This document shows positions 32,972-41,900 of a stretch of 64,000 nucleotides of DNA, piece after piece; positions within the stretch are counted from its first letter, which is position 1, and the number at the start of each line of letters is the position of its first letter. Made by a program: the position numbers and the translations under genes. The stretch is from Enterobacteria phage GEC-3S. The DNA lies in sequence record HE978309. One strand, written 5' to 3'. The notes under the pieces were generated by a model. That model worked only from the letters and a program-made list of their open reading frames with translations, was not told the DNA's origin and did no database searches.

Positions 32972-34141
32972 TTACCAATCAATCTTATCTGCCGGAATCA
33001 GTTTCTTATAATTCCGTAGATAGTAAGTTTTCATTGAATCCAGAATACGGTCATAATCAAGACCATCGAATGCAATCATCAGACACATGAAAATATATGC
33101 TTGTGCATCACCATGTTTACGCGATTCGATAGTCGCATTGGATGCATATGTCTTTCTGTCTTCTCCCGCGTGTTCGTTATAAAACTCTGTTGCTGTCGTA
33201 AAGGCATTGCGAAGAATAGACCTGAATGCTTCCTCGAATAACTCGATTCGTTCCAGTGCTTCCGGTTCGCCTTCATATGCAGCACGCAAATCATCGGTTT
33301 CGCTTTCTACGACATAGTAGATCAGGTTATTAGGAAACATCGATGTGTTTTTAATGTTATGCACACCAATATACCATTCACTCTTCACTTTGAACAGTTG
33401 ACCGTCTTTAGTGCGTGCAACAATTCCTTCGATACCTTCTGCGGTCCGAACTTCATCAAGAATATTGCTAAAACGCGCTGAATCAACCTGTAACGCATTT
33501 ACCAGATGAGGACGTAGGATTGAATCGGCGAATAGCATTTGATGCGGTACATACTCTCCTGTGACGTTATGGCGTACATTCAGAAGTGTTAGCGACGGTT
33601 CAGAATATTCTACAACAATTCGGTTGCTGGGTGCTGTATATTCAAAGTTGAAAGTATAATCAGACCCAATATCGGCGATCTTAGCGCGTAGATCCGCATA
33701 CTTCTCGGAATACAGAAGACCGTTTGCTCTCTCTGCCTGGCTTGAGTATAAGGCCGCTTTAGACTTCAACTGAACATAGCCGTTATCAATGTATGTGCTT
33801 ACTAGACTACCGTCCATTTTGTCCATGACCATTTCCACATCTTCCGGCTTAAAGCGAGCGCGATCATTCTCACCTAAATTAAAAAACTTCTCCATAGGAC
33901 GAGATGCAATGCGGACCGGACTACCTTTATCGTCAATTTCAAACATGATCCCGCGACACTCTAACGCATCTGGTTTATTCCACATTTCCGGTTTGCTCAA
34001 GTACAGATAACTAAAAATGCGCATACGGGTTTGCATCGCCGTAATTTCATCTTTGTAATAGAACGTATCAGATCCGTCACATAGTGCCATCAGATTTTTG
34101 AACAATGCTAAAACTTTTTTGTTGTTTTCTTTTGTTGACAT
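32972..34141 (-). CDS. rnlA: RNA ligase 1
   Basis: Aligns with T4 Rnl1 (LF.NLM.LC; PDALECRGIMFE; VRIASRPMEKFFNL; KMDGSLVSTY KxDG). Confidence 0.85.
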   Translation of the reverse strand: MSTKENNKKVLALFKNLMALCDGSDTFYYKDEITAMQTRMRIFSYLYLSKPEMWNKPDALECRGIMFEIDDKGSPVRIASRPMEKFFNLGENDRARFKPEDVEMVMDKMDGSLVSTYIDNGYVQLKSKAALYSSQAERANGLLYSEKYADLRAKIADIGSDYTFNFEYTAPSNRIVVEYSEPSLTLLNVRHNVTGEYVPHQMLFADSILRPHLVNALQVDSARFSNILDEVRTAEGIEGIVARTKDGQLFKVKSEWYIGVHNIKNTSMFPNNLIYYVVESETDDLRAAYEGEPEALERIELFEEAFRSILRNAFTTATEFYNEHAGEDRKTYASNATIESRKHGDAQAYIFMCLMIAFDGLDYDRILDSMKTYYLRNYKKLIPADKIDW

Positions 34142-34538
34142 AATTTGTGTTCCATTCTGGTTTAAATTTGGTGATCAAAACAGGTTCTTCGATATCGGCA
34201 GTGCTTATAATATCCTTACCCGTTGGATTCTCAATATATAACTCAAAGCACTGGCGGTAATAGAATGTTACTGTCTTACCTTCCTCTAGCGCCTTATGAA
34301 TATTCTTACTCTTGCGAGTATCCGCTGTTGGTGTTTGTCTGTTAATGCTAGTCCGGTAATAATTGATCCGCTTTCTGAGATTGACAGTCTGACCAATGTA
34401 TACCAGTTCATTATCAACCGCAATAGCGTAAAGAACATTTAAACGGTTCTTCTGAGGCGGTAGAATAACGTCACCATCTTTACACTCTAAACATGAATAT
34501 TTAACGAATCCATAGTTTTCTATTAGCTCATTAATCAT
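34077..34538 (-). CDS. GIY-YIG endonuclease-like protein
   Basis: LYAIAVDNELVYIGQTVNLRKR matches GIY-x10-YIG...R pattern; 3' end overlaps rnlA start by 65 nt. Confidence 0.6.
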   Translation of the reverse strand: MINELIENYGFVKYSCLECKDGDVILPPQKNRLNVLYAIAVDNELVYIGQTVNLRKRINYYRTSINRQTPTADTRKSKNIHKALEEGKTVTFYYRQCFELYIENPTGKDIISTADIEEPVLITKFKPEWNTNYVNKRKQQKSFSIVQKSDGTM

Positions 34539-34588
34539 TATCCTTTCCTCACGTCACAACAAAGGCGGGATTTCTCCCGCCCACCTTA

Positions 34589-34987
34589 TTAACTTTCCAG
34601 AATATCGCGAGCTTCGTTACGCTCCTTGATGATTTTCAGGACAAATTCCAGTTTTTCTTTGTTTAGTGTTCCGTTTTCCATTGCTTCTTTGACGGTAAAC
34701 ACTCCGCCACCTTGCCCGTATACAGTGACAGTGATTTCACCTAACATCGTGGTATGAAAACCGCCAATTTTCGGTGATTCGAAAGAAACAATTACCTCGC
34801 GGACAGTATTACCGTCGTTGATTTCTGAGAGGGTAATGTCGTTTTTGTAGGCGGTTGCTTTAACCATACGGATCAGCATAGTCTGATCTGGGGAGATGGT
34901 CATTTTGTCCATTGCATGTTGCAATGCAGCGTAACCGAAAACTTTAACGAAGTCCAGAACGTCTTTGCGAGTTTGAAATTTAATCAT
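34589..34987 (-). CDS. Hypothetical protein (132 aa)
   Basis: ORF with own promoter and AAGGAGTATCAAG RBS. Confidence 0.55.
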   Translation of the reverse strand: MIKFQTRKDVLDFVKVFGYAALQHAMDKMTISPDQTMLIRMVKATAYKNDITLSEINDGNTVREVIVSFESPKIGGFHTTMLGEITVTVYGQGGGVFTVKEAMENGTLNKEKLEFVLKIIKERNEARDILES

Positions 34988-35020
34988 CTTGATACTCCTT
35001 AGTTGTTTTAGTATTGGAGT

Positions 35021-35050
35021 ATCTTACTACTCCCGTGATATGCTGTCAAC
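35021..35050 (-). promoter_or_regulatory. Sigma70-like early promoter (GGGAGTA...TACTCCC palindrome around -10)
   Basis: TTGACA - 17 nt - TAAGAT. Confidence 0.5.
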
Positions 35051-35057
35051 TGCTTTT

Positions 35058-35207
35058 TTATGCAACCGCAAACATCAACATTTGAACATTCTTGGCTGTC
35101 TGGCTTTCAAAGTTCTGACATTCTTTGATAATGTCCTCTACTTTCTCTCCGGAGATCTCCGCGTAAGTTTCGATTGCCATTTTCAGTACCGCGTCAAAGT
35201 TGTTCAT
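35058..35207 (-). CDS. Hypothetical early protein (49 aa)
   Basis: MNNFDAVLKMAIETYAEISGEKVEDIIKECQNFESQTAKNVQMLMFAVA; GGAGAATCAAATG; below ORF-track cutoff. Confidence 0.45.
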   Translation of the reverse strand: MNNFDAVLKMAIETYAEISGEKVEDIIKECQNFESQTAKNVQMLMFAVA

Positions 35208-35245
35208 TTGATTCTCCTTAAAGTGTATTTCGTTTCGATGGGGGT

Positions 35246-35275
35246 ATATTAATACCCCCGTTATTCAGTGTCAAC
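35246..35275 (-). promoter_or_regulatory. Sigma70-like early promoter with GGGGGTAT...ATACCCCC palindrome
   Basis: TTGACA - 17 nt - TAATAT. Confidence 0.5.
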
Positions 35276-35493
35276 TACTTTTTAATGACAAGTTCGAATT
35301 TTGCTACCTTGCGTCCGCGTTTATTGAAAGCAACCCACGGACGGTTTTCAATGTAGAACAATTCTTCGCCAATAATGAATACTGGCTGATTGTAAAGTCG
35401 ACCCATCAGGTCACGTTGACGAATAGTAGTAGATTCGTATACTTCGCCCACTACAAAGTGTTTGTTGATAGAGTCGGTGCAAATAAATTTCAT
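35275..35493 (-). CDS. Hypothetical early protein (72 aa)
   Basis: ORF with own promoter and GGAGAATCAAAATG. Confidence 0.55.
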   Translation of the reverse strand: MKFICTDSINKHFVVGEVYESTTIRQRDLMGRLYNQPVFIIGEELFYIENRPWVAFNKRGRKVAKFELVIKK

Positions 35494-35522
35494 TTTGATT
35501 CTCCTTTGTTTCTTGGTGGGGT

Positions 35523-35552
35523 ATATTACTACCCCCGTTATTCAGTGTAAAC
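35523..35552 (-). promoter_or_regulatory. Sigma70-like early promoter (GTTTACA -35)
   Basis: GTTTACA - 17 nt - TAATAT with GGGGGTAGTAATATACCCC palindrome. Confidence 0.5.
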
Positions 35553-35558
35553 TACTTT

Positions 35559-35777
35559 TTACTTGTTGTATTCATTCCACCATTGGGTGAGCTTATCAAT
35601 TATTTTTGTGTTTCTATCCAACTTATCCCACCGTTTTCGAGGGTTTATCAACCGGAATAGGTAAGGTGTACTTGTTAAGTGAACTCGGTCAATATAGTGA
35701 TTGATGTACTGCTTTTCGATTCTAAGTTTCATCTTTTTACGATGAAAATATGCAATAACTTGTTCTTCTGTTTCCAT
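35559..35777 (-). CDS. Hypothetical early protein (72 aa)
   Basis: ORF with GGAGGAA RBS and own promoter. Confidence 0.55.
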   Translation of the reverse strand: METEEQVIAYFHRKKMKLRIEKQYINHYIDRVHLTSTPYLFRLINPRKRWDKLDRNTKIIDKLTQWWNEYNK

Positions 35778-35801
35778 ATGTTCCTCCGTCTCGATGTGCG
35801 T

Positions 35802-35831
35802 ATTATGCTATGGTAAGATCCGATTGTCAAC
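35802..35831 (-). promoter_or_regulatory. Sigma70-like early promoter
   Basis: TTGACA - 17 nt - CATAAT. Confidence 0.55.
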
Positions 35832-35841
35832 ACCCAATAAC

Positions 35842-35872
35842 AAAAAAGTCGCCACTATGGGCGACTTTGAAC
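35842..35872 (-). terminator. Hairpin terminator after HAD-like gene
   Basis: A-run then GTCGCC-ACTATGG-GCGAC on plus strand. Confidence 0.5.
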
Positions 35873-35877
35873 AAACA

Positions 35878-36354
35878 TTAATCATGACCGTGATTTGCAA
35901 TATCCGCTCGCGTCTTATCTTTGTGATTTCCTACGTCAAAAACACGATAACCATTTTCACGCAAAACTTTAATCACTTCTGGGTTATCCTCAAAGACTCC
36001 GACAACTTCATCTTTATCAAAGGATTTAATTACCTCTAATTTGATGTGATAGTCTTTACGGGAGTCTGTGCGGCCTCTCATAAAGATTTTATCAAAACAC
36101 ACCCCGTTAGAAATTAACCAATCAATTGTTTCCATGTAAGCATGTGAACTTCGTCCGGTGAGGATGTAAATCAAATGCCCGTTATCGGAAAGAGCATTAA
36201 TAACACGAATTACATCGTAAATGGGGGAATCTCCCCCACATGCCTTGTTATATTCGATCCATGACTCAACTTTATCAAGATTTTCGGTTGGCATCTTTGT
36301 TAGTCGATGTGTTGGATCTGTGATCGTAAAATCTAAATCGACAAAATATATCAT
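35878..36354 (-). CDS. HAD-superfamily phosphatase-like protein
   Basis: N-terminal FVDLDFTITD (DxDxT motif I); overlaps nrdB stop. Confidence 0.6.
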   Translation of the reverse strand: MIYFVDLDFTITDPTHRLTKMPTENLDKVESWIEYNKACGGDSPIYDVIRVINALSDNGHLIYILTGRSSHAYMETIDWLISNGVCFDKIFMRGRTDSRKDYHIKLEVIKSFDKDEVVGVFEDNPEVIKVLRENGYRVFDVGNHKDKTRADIANHGHD

Positions 36355-37511
36355 AGATATTTCCCGAATCGGTTGTAGTCATCGTCTGTTAAATCGGTAT
36401 TAACCTGAGATACCAGATACATAATCTCTACTTCCTGCGCTGCATTCTGTACTTCGTCAGAGTTCAACCATTTACGCATCCACGGTAACGGATGACGACG
36501 AACACTAAACGGGCTTTTCAGTCCGGCAGCACGCATACGGGAATCTGCCAGGTATTCTACATAGGTTTTCAGAATTTCCGGTGACAGGTTAGGAATTGCC
36601 CCCATTGCGAATAGGTGGTCTACCCATTCTTTTTCTTGCTCGACAACATCCAGAAAGATTTTCGTTGCTTCGCCTTCAAGTTCTTCCGCAATCTGTTTCC
36701 ACTCATCACCATCAACCCCCGTTTGCCATTGACGAATAATGTATTGTGTGCCTTTTAAGTGAAGTTGTTCATCACGCGCAATAAATTTCATGATCTTCGC
36801 GTTACCTTCCAGTAAACCACGTTCGGCAAAGCTGAAAGTACATGCAAAGGACACATAAAAACGAATTGCTTCCAGTGCATTGACGCAGTGTGCACACAGA
36901 TAAATCGAAGCCATCAGATCTCGTTTTGTATCTTCAAAAAATCTTCTTGCATCATCTAATGCTGTCTGGTCGTCTCGTTCTTCCCAATAGCGGAGATCTT
37001 CTTTTGCATTCTCATACTTACGAATCCAATAAAGAACATCATCATAATATTTCCCGATAGATTCCGCTCGCTTCATGATAGCAGGGTTATCGATGATCTG
37101 GTCGAACTCACTAGCCGGATCAATGAAACAGTTACGCATAATGTGTGTATAGCTTCGGCTATGAATCGTTTCGCTGAATGTCCATGTTTGCAACCATGTA
37201 TCGAGAGTTGGATCAGATACAATTGGACCAAATGCTGCGGACGGTGCGCGTCCTTGAATAGAATCAAGTAATGTCTGATACTTCAAATTTTCGGTAAAGA
37301 AACGCTTTTCAACGTCACCCATATTAAGATATTGAATGCGGTCGGTTGCAAGTGAAATTTCTTCGGGGCGCCAAAAAAATGACAATTGCTTTTCGATCAG
37401 TTCTTCAAATACTTGATGACGCTGAATATCATAGCGAGCGATACCCAACCCACTACCCAGAAACATTGGTTCGTTCATAATATCAACATGTTCGCGGTTA
37501 AATACGCTCAT
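36351..37511 (-). CDS. nrdB: Ribonucleotide reductase beta subunit
   Basis: Class Ia R2 features (FSFAERGLLEGNAKIMKFIARDEQLH; di-iron ligand pattern); 386 aa; T4 order. Confidence 0.93.
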   Translation of the reverse strand: MSVFNREHVDIMNEPMFLGSGLGIARYDIQRHQVFEELIEKQLSFFWRPEEISLATDRIQYLNMGDVEKRFFTENLKYQTLLDSIQGRAPSAAFGPIVSDPTLDTWLQTWTFSETIHSRSYTHIMRNCFIDPASEFDQIIDNPAIMKRAESIGKYYDDVLYWIRKYENAKEDLRYWEERDDQTALDDARRFFEDTKRDLMASIYLCAHCVNALEAIRFYVSFACTFSFAERGLLEGNAKIMKFIARDEQLHLKGTQYIIRQWQTGVDGDEWKQIAEELEGEATKIFLDVVEQEKEWVDHLFAMGAIPNLSPEILKTYVEYLADSRMRAAGLKSPFSVRRHPLPWMRKWLNSDEVQNAAQEVEIMYLVSQVNTDLTDDDYNRFGKYL

Positions 37512-37526
37512 TAATTCACCTCACTA

Positions 37527-37694
37527 TCACTTTTTAACACAAAAGAACTTAGTATTTCTGTTAACTTCGCTATCCTGCTGCAATTCCTGCACAGCTTCAA
37601 AACAATTTTGATATGATGAAAACTCTACGCTGGTAACAGTTCCTTTATTATATACGCCTACGCTAACGGAAAGCAATAACCATAATGTAGCCAT
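37527..37694 (-). CDS. Small protein with N-terminal hydrophobic segment (55 aa); tandem paralog
   Basis: MATLWLLLSVSVGVYNKGTVTSVEFSSYQNCFEAVQELQQDSEVNRNTKFFCVKK; TAATG coupling. Confidence 0.4.
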   Translation of the reverse strand: MATLWLLLSVSVGVYNKGTVTSVEFSSYQNCFEAVQELQQDSEVNRNTKFFCVKK

Positions 37695-37867
37695 TAGTTC
37701 ACCTTTTGTTTTTCAACGCAATATAGATTCATAAAGCGTTTATTGTCTTCGCGGATAATCTCGCGAGCTTTAACGCAATCCTGCTTTGTTGCAAATTCAA
37801 TGCTTGACATATTTCCGTAATTATACATTGAATTGCTGATTGCAATCAATAACCATACAGTAGCCAT
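37694..37867 (-). CDS. Small protein with N-terminal hydrophobic segment (57 aa); tandem paralog
   Basis: MATVWLLIAISNSMYNYGNMSSIEFATKQDCVKAREIIREDNKRFMNLYCVEKQKVN; TAATG coupling. Confidence 0.4.
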   Translation of the reverse strand: MATVWLLIAISNSMYNYGNMSSIEFATKQDCVKAREIIREDNKRFMNLYCVEKQKVN

Positions 37868-38055
37868 TATTCGACAACCTCAAAGCATTTATCATCAGGA
37901 AGAATAGCCCATTCTATGCCGTATTCATCCTCAACGTAGTAGCAAGCCCCATCATGTCGAGCATCATATTCATCACGTCGAGCATCATATACATCACCGA
38001 CAACAAAGCTATCAGCTAGCTCAAAATCTACAGCAACACATTTTAATTTGGTCAT
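37867..38055 (-). CDS. Hypothetical acidic small protein (62 aa)
   Basis: Internal ATG at 38055 with GAGGA RBS; ORF-track ORF extends to 38118. Confidence 0.45.
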   Translation of the reverse strand: MTKLKCVAVDFELADSFVVGDVYDARRDEYDARHDGACYYVEDEYGIEWAILPDDKCFEVVE

Positions 38056-38084
38056 AATAAAATCCTCACTTGTTTTTGATGGTT

Positions 38085-38118
38085 GAATTATAGCGGGGAT
38101 TTCTCCCCGCGTCAACAC
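38085..38118 (-). promoter_or_regulatory. Sigma70-like promoter with embedded terminator-like hairpin after nrdA
   Basis: TTGACG - GCGGGGAGAAATCCCCGC - TATAAT on minus strand. Confidence 0.45.
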
Positions 38119-38123
38119 TTATT

Positions 38124-40367
38124 TTACAGCTTGCAAGATGAGCACTCGCTAGAGTCTTCCGTACCATCTGCACCGTCGCGAACGTTCGCATAATACAGGG
38201 TTTTCAGACCGTAATATTGAGCAAACAACATATCATCTAAAACATCAGCAATATCGACTTTACCCGTCTTATAAGTGCTTGGGTCGTAGGATGTATTGGA
38301 ACTAATCGCCTGGTCTACAAACTTCTGCATGATCGCTGCCAGTGTCAGATAAGGCTTGTTACCTTTCTTGATCAGTGTCCAAAGCAGGTCAATAACATCA
38401 GCATTATTCTCTACGTTCGGAATAACCTGATTAAATTGCCCTTCTTTCGATCCTTTAACCGATACAATCCCGCGAGGCGGTTCAATACCGTTTGTGCTGT
38501 TAGACACCTGAGAAGACGACTCACAAGGCATCAGCGCCGAAAGCGTACTGTTACGAATGCCATATTTTTTCAGGTCTTCGCGCAGTTCTTCCCAATCCAT
38601 CTCATACACCGGATCAACCAGTTCATCTACTGTCTTTTTGTACCAGTCGATAGGAAGTTCACCGCGACCATAGCGTGTTTCGTGCATCAGTTCGCAAGCA
38701 CCCTTCTCTTTTGCTAGCTGCACACTAGCTTTAATCAGAGCATATTGCAAGCGTTCAAACGTTTTATGCGTAAACTCGTTAGCGTCTTCATATGTGAAGA
38801 AATTATCTGCTAGATATGATGCAAAGTTAGTCACACCAACACCCAGAGAGCGACGTTTTTTGGCTGTCAGAGCTTGTTCTACAGGATAATCCTGGTAATC
38901 TAACAGGTTGTCAAGTGCACGCACCATAACCATAGCAATGCGTTCTACTTCTTCCATATTTTCGATATCAAAGTTTCCTAAAACATATGCTGCCAAAGTG
39001 CATAGGCTGATCTCTGAATCATCACGACCCATCGGTTTTGTAGGCAGAGCAATTTCACAACACAGGTTGGATTGTTTAATCGGTGCTACATTACGAATAA
39101 ACGCCCCGTGATTGTTCATGTTGTCTGTGAACGTTGGGTAGATTCGACCAGTGTTAAAACGTTCAATTGCCACCGCTAAAAACAGGTCTTCGGCTTTAAC
39201 ACGAGTTTTACGAACACTCGGATCTTTTTCCAGTTTTTCGTAAAGCTGGCGGAAACCTTCCTCATCTCGGAAGTATAGATCCCACAACAAGCCACCTGCA
39301 ACATCTGGACTAAACAGAGTAATGTAATCCCGTTTAAGGAATCGCTCTACCATCAGGTTATTAATCTGTACGCCGTAGTCAAGATGGCGAATGCGGTTAT
39401 CTTCCACGCCCTTATTGTTCTTTAACACAATCAGACTTTCAAACTCTAAATGCCACATTGGGTAATAGAGAGTCGCCGCCCCGCCACGAATACCGCCTTG
39501 TGAGCATGACTTAACGGCAGTCTGAAAATGTTTCCAGAATGGGATAACGCCAGTATGACGAACTTCACCATGCCCGATCTTAGATCCTTCCGCGCGAATC
39601 ATGCCAGCGTTGATACCGATACCCGCACGCTTGCTAATATACTTGATGATTGCATTTGCTGTTTCGTTGATGCCCTGCAATGAGTCATCACTTTCAATCA
39701 CCACACACGAACTAAATTGGCGTGTTGGGGTACGCACACCAGCCATAATCGGAGTAGGCAGAGAGATTTGCTTATTCGAAACAGCATTATAAAAATCAAT
39801 CACATGTTCAAGTCGATTTTCTGTCTCTTCTTGATGCAAGCACATACCGATCAGCATATACGCAAATTGCGGTGTTTCGATGATTTTCTTAGTGCTGCGA
39901 TCCTGAACAAGATATTTCTCTTTTAACTGCATCGCACCAGCATAGGTCATTTTAAAATCAAGTTTATGGTCGATGAATTTCTCCAGATATTCCACTTCTT
40001 CACGGGAATACTTTTGCAGAATTTCACGATCATATTTTCCGGTTGCAATATTACGCTCAATATGGCTGTAAAAATCAATCGGTTGGAATTGACCGTATAC
40101 TGATTTGCGAAGCGCGAACATTGCAAGGTTACTTGCTACATATTGATAATCGGGTGTTTCTACAGTAATGTTATCTGCTGCGACCTTAATCAATACTTTC
40201 TGGATATCATTGGTAGACATACCTTCTGTCAGAAGTGGTTCAACCATATCAAACAATTCATATGGATCAACGTTATGACCTTCGGCTGCCGCTTCCAGAA
40301 TTTTCATTACTTTTTCTTTTTCAAACGGAACAGTCAGACCGGAAGACTTAACAACATTTTTAATCAT
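38124..40367 (-). CDS. nrdA: Ribonucleotide reductase alpha subunit
   Basis: 747 aa; class Ia R1 features (ATP-cone N-terminus, NLCCEI, C-terminal CSSC); GTGAGG RBS. Confidence 0.95.
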   Translation of the reverse strand: MIKNVVKSSGLTVPFEKEKVMKILEAAAEGHNVDPYELFDMVEPLLTEGMSTNDIQKVLIKVAADNITVETPDYQYVASNLAMFALRKSVYGQFQPIDFYSHIERNIATGKYDREILQKYSREEVEYLEKFIDHKLDFKMTYAGAMQLKEKYLVQDRSTKKIIETPQFAYMLIGMCLHQEETENRLEHVIDFYNAVSNKQISLPTPIMAGVRTPTRQFSSCVVIESDDSLQGINETANAIIKYISKRAGIGINAGMIRAEGSKIGHGEVRHTGVIPFWKHFQTAVKSCSQGGIRGGAATLYYPMWHLEFESLIVLKNNKGVEDNRIRHLDYGVQINNLMVERFLKRDYITLFSPDVAGGLLWDLYFRDEEGFRQLYEKLEKDPSVRKTRVKAEDLFLAVAIERFNTGRIYPTFTDNMNNHGAFIRNVAPIKQSNLCCEIALPTKPMGRDDSEISLCTLAAYVLGNFDIENMEEVERIAMVMVRALDNLLDYQDYPVEQALTAKKRRSLGVGVTNFASYLADNFFTYEDANEFTHKTFERLQYALIKASVQLAKEKGACELMHETRYGRGELPIDWYKKTVDELVDPVYEMDWEELREDLKKYGIRNSTLSALMPCESSSQVSNSTNGIEPPRGIVSVKGSKEGQFNQVIPNVENNADVIDLLWTLIKKGNKPYLTLAAIMQKFVDQAISSNTSYDPSTYKTGKVDIADVLDDMLFAQYYGLKTLYYANVRDGADGTEDSSECSSCKL

Positions 40368-40413
40368 ATTACCTCACTTCATATTTTAGCAGGAACAAGT
40401 TTATCCTCCATAT

Positions 40414-40429
40414 TGGGGGCTTTCGCCCC
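40414..40429 (-). other. GC-rich stem-loop between td and nrdA (GGGGGC-TTTC-GCCCCC)
   Basis: Perfect 6-bp GC stem with tetraloop; same motif near 27652 and 52063. Confidence 0.4.
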
Positions 40430-40435
40430 CTTTGT

Positions 40436-41659
40436 TTATACTGCCATTTGAGCGGTGATCGCTGGATGGCTTTGATAGTTGTGAATTTTAAAATCTTTCG
40501 GAGTCTTTGTCAATACCTCATCTAAAGATTTAAATTCCGGCAACTCAATTGTTGGTTTATCAAACGGAACACGGCTTAACTGTTCCATAACTTGATCAAA
40601 ATGGTTTTTGTAAATGTGGCAATCCCCACACTGATAAACCAGTTCGCCAACTTCTAACCCGCAAATCTTCGCGATGATATGCGTTAACAGTGCATAGCTC
40701 GCTACGTTGAACGGATTCCCTAAAAAGAGATCATTCGAACGCATGAAAAATAAACAACTCAATTTGTTGTCGTTGGAAACATAAAACTGTACCATCGGAT
40801 GACATACACCTAACACAGCATTATGCGTTTCCTGTACGTTCCATGAATCAATGATAATACGACGACTATACGGATCATTCTTGATCATGTCAATAACTTT
40901 TTGTAACTGGTCTTCCCAAATCTTCGGGCGATAGACATATTCTTCATCGTCTTTAGTGCTTGATGTGTCTACGTCCATACTAACAAACATCGTGGTATCC
41001 GGTGCTATAATATCCCCACCCAGATAATCACTATCAAGCAGATAACCGAAATAACCATCATCTACCCATTCCTGGAATCCCCACAAGCAATATGCATCAT
41101 TAACAAAATTAGATTGAGTCTTCCAGTGGTCTGCTACCAGAATATAATCAAACTCTTCATAACGCATACCACGCCAGATAGCACATAAACGGTCTTCTGT
41201 GTCATTGGTTGGCGTAAAGTCTTCTACCCACGGGTGCTTAAATGTATGTGTATATTTGCTCTTAACGCGCTTAATTTTGATTTCACCATGTGGATGAATC
41301 GGTTTGCGTCGCCACGCCATACCATACATATTGCCGACATTATAACCATTGAATCGCAAGGGATTCTTTTCTTTCATATCAAGACAGTTGCCGCGCCAAA
41401 TATCAAAGGCTTCCTCGTCAAACTTGCCGCGTGTAATTTCCTGTAAGCGACGGCGGTCAAGTGATCCCTCCATAAACCATAGCAATTCGCCAATCACAGA
41501 GGCTGTAGCCATCTTTTTAGTGGTCAGTAATGGGAAACCCTTGCTTAAATCAATTCGCATCTCTGCGCCGAATTTAGAGAGCGTACCTACCCCCGTGCGG
41601 TCTTCACGAGGACAGCCATTATCAAGAACATCACGCAACAGTTTCAAATATTCTTTCAT
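40436..41659 (-). CDS. td: Thymidylate synthase with large internal insertion
   Basis: ThyA motifs (REDRTGVGT; FPLLTTKK; ELLWF; DPYSRRIII; CHPMVQFYV; FMRSNDLFLGNPFNVASYALL) in one 407-aa ORF; about 120 extra residues mid-protein. Confidence 0.9.
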   Translation of the reverse strand: MKEYLKLLRDVLDNGCPREDRTGVGTLSKFGAEMRIDLSKGFPLLTTKKMATASVIGELLWFMEGSLDRRRLQEITRGKFDEEAFDIWRGNCLDMKEKNPLRFNGYNVGNMYGMAWRRKPIHPHGEIKIKRVKSKYTHTFKHPWVEDFTPTNDTEDRLCAIWRGMRYEEFDYILVADHWKTQSNFVNDAYCLWGFQEWVDDGYFGYLLDSDYLGGDIIAPDTTMFVSMDVDTSSTKDDEEYVYRPKIWEDQLQKVIDMIKNDPYSRRIIIDSWNVQETHNAVLGVCHPMVQFYVSNDNKLSCLFFMRSNDLFLGNPFNVASYALLTHIIAKICGLEVGELVYQCGDCHIYKNHFDQVMEQLSRVPFDKPTIELPEFKSLDEVLTKTPKDFKIHNYQSHPAITAQMAV

Positions 41660-41900
41660 CCCACATCACCTTTTTCTTGTTGATTGCTTTCTTACGCAGT
41701 TTTGCTACTGTCTCGTCAATATCGATAAAGACAACGCCACGGTCGAATATAGTAGCAGGTCTTGAGATATCGCTATTTTCTTGCACAGGAAGCCATGATG
41801 CGCTCGCTTCATCATAGAGATATTGTAAACCGTAATAATCTACGGCTACTGCGTAGTTTTCACTGGTAGCCGTCCATAATTGAATAATACCGACTTTCAT
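41631..41900 (-). CDS. Hypothetical protein (89 aa)
   Basis: Internal ATG at 41900; 3' end overlaps td start. Confidence 0.45.
   Translation of the reverse strand: MKVGIIQLWTATSENYAVAVDYYGLQYLYDEASASWLPVQENSDISRPATIFDRGVVFIDIDETVAKLRKKAINKKKVMWDERIFETVA

Noticed and set aside
36351-41659. Group I introns or inteins in nrdB, nrdA or td, as occur in T4 td and nrdB
   Set aside because: All three genes are single uninterrupted ORFs with colinear conserved motifs; the extra length in td is in-frame coding sequence, not a non-coding intron.
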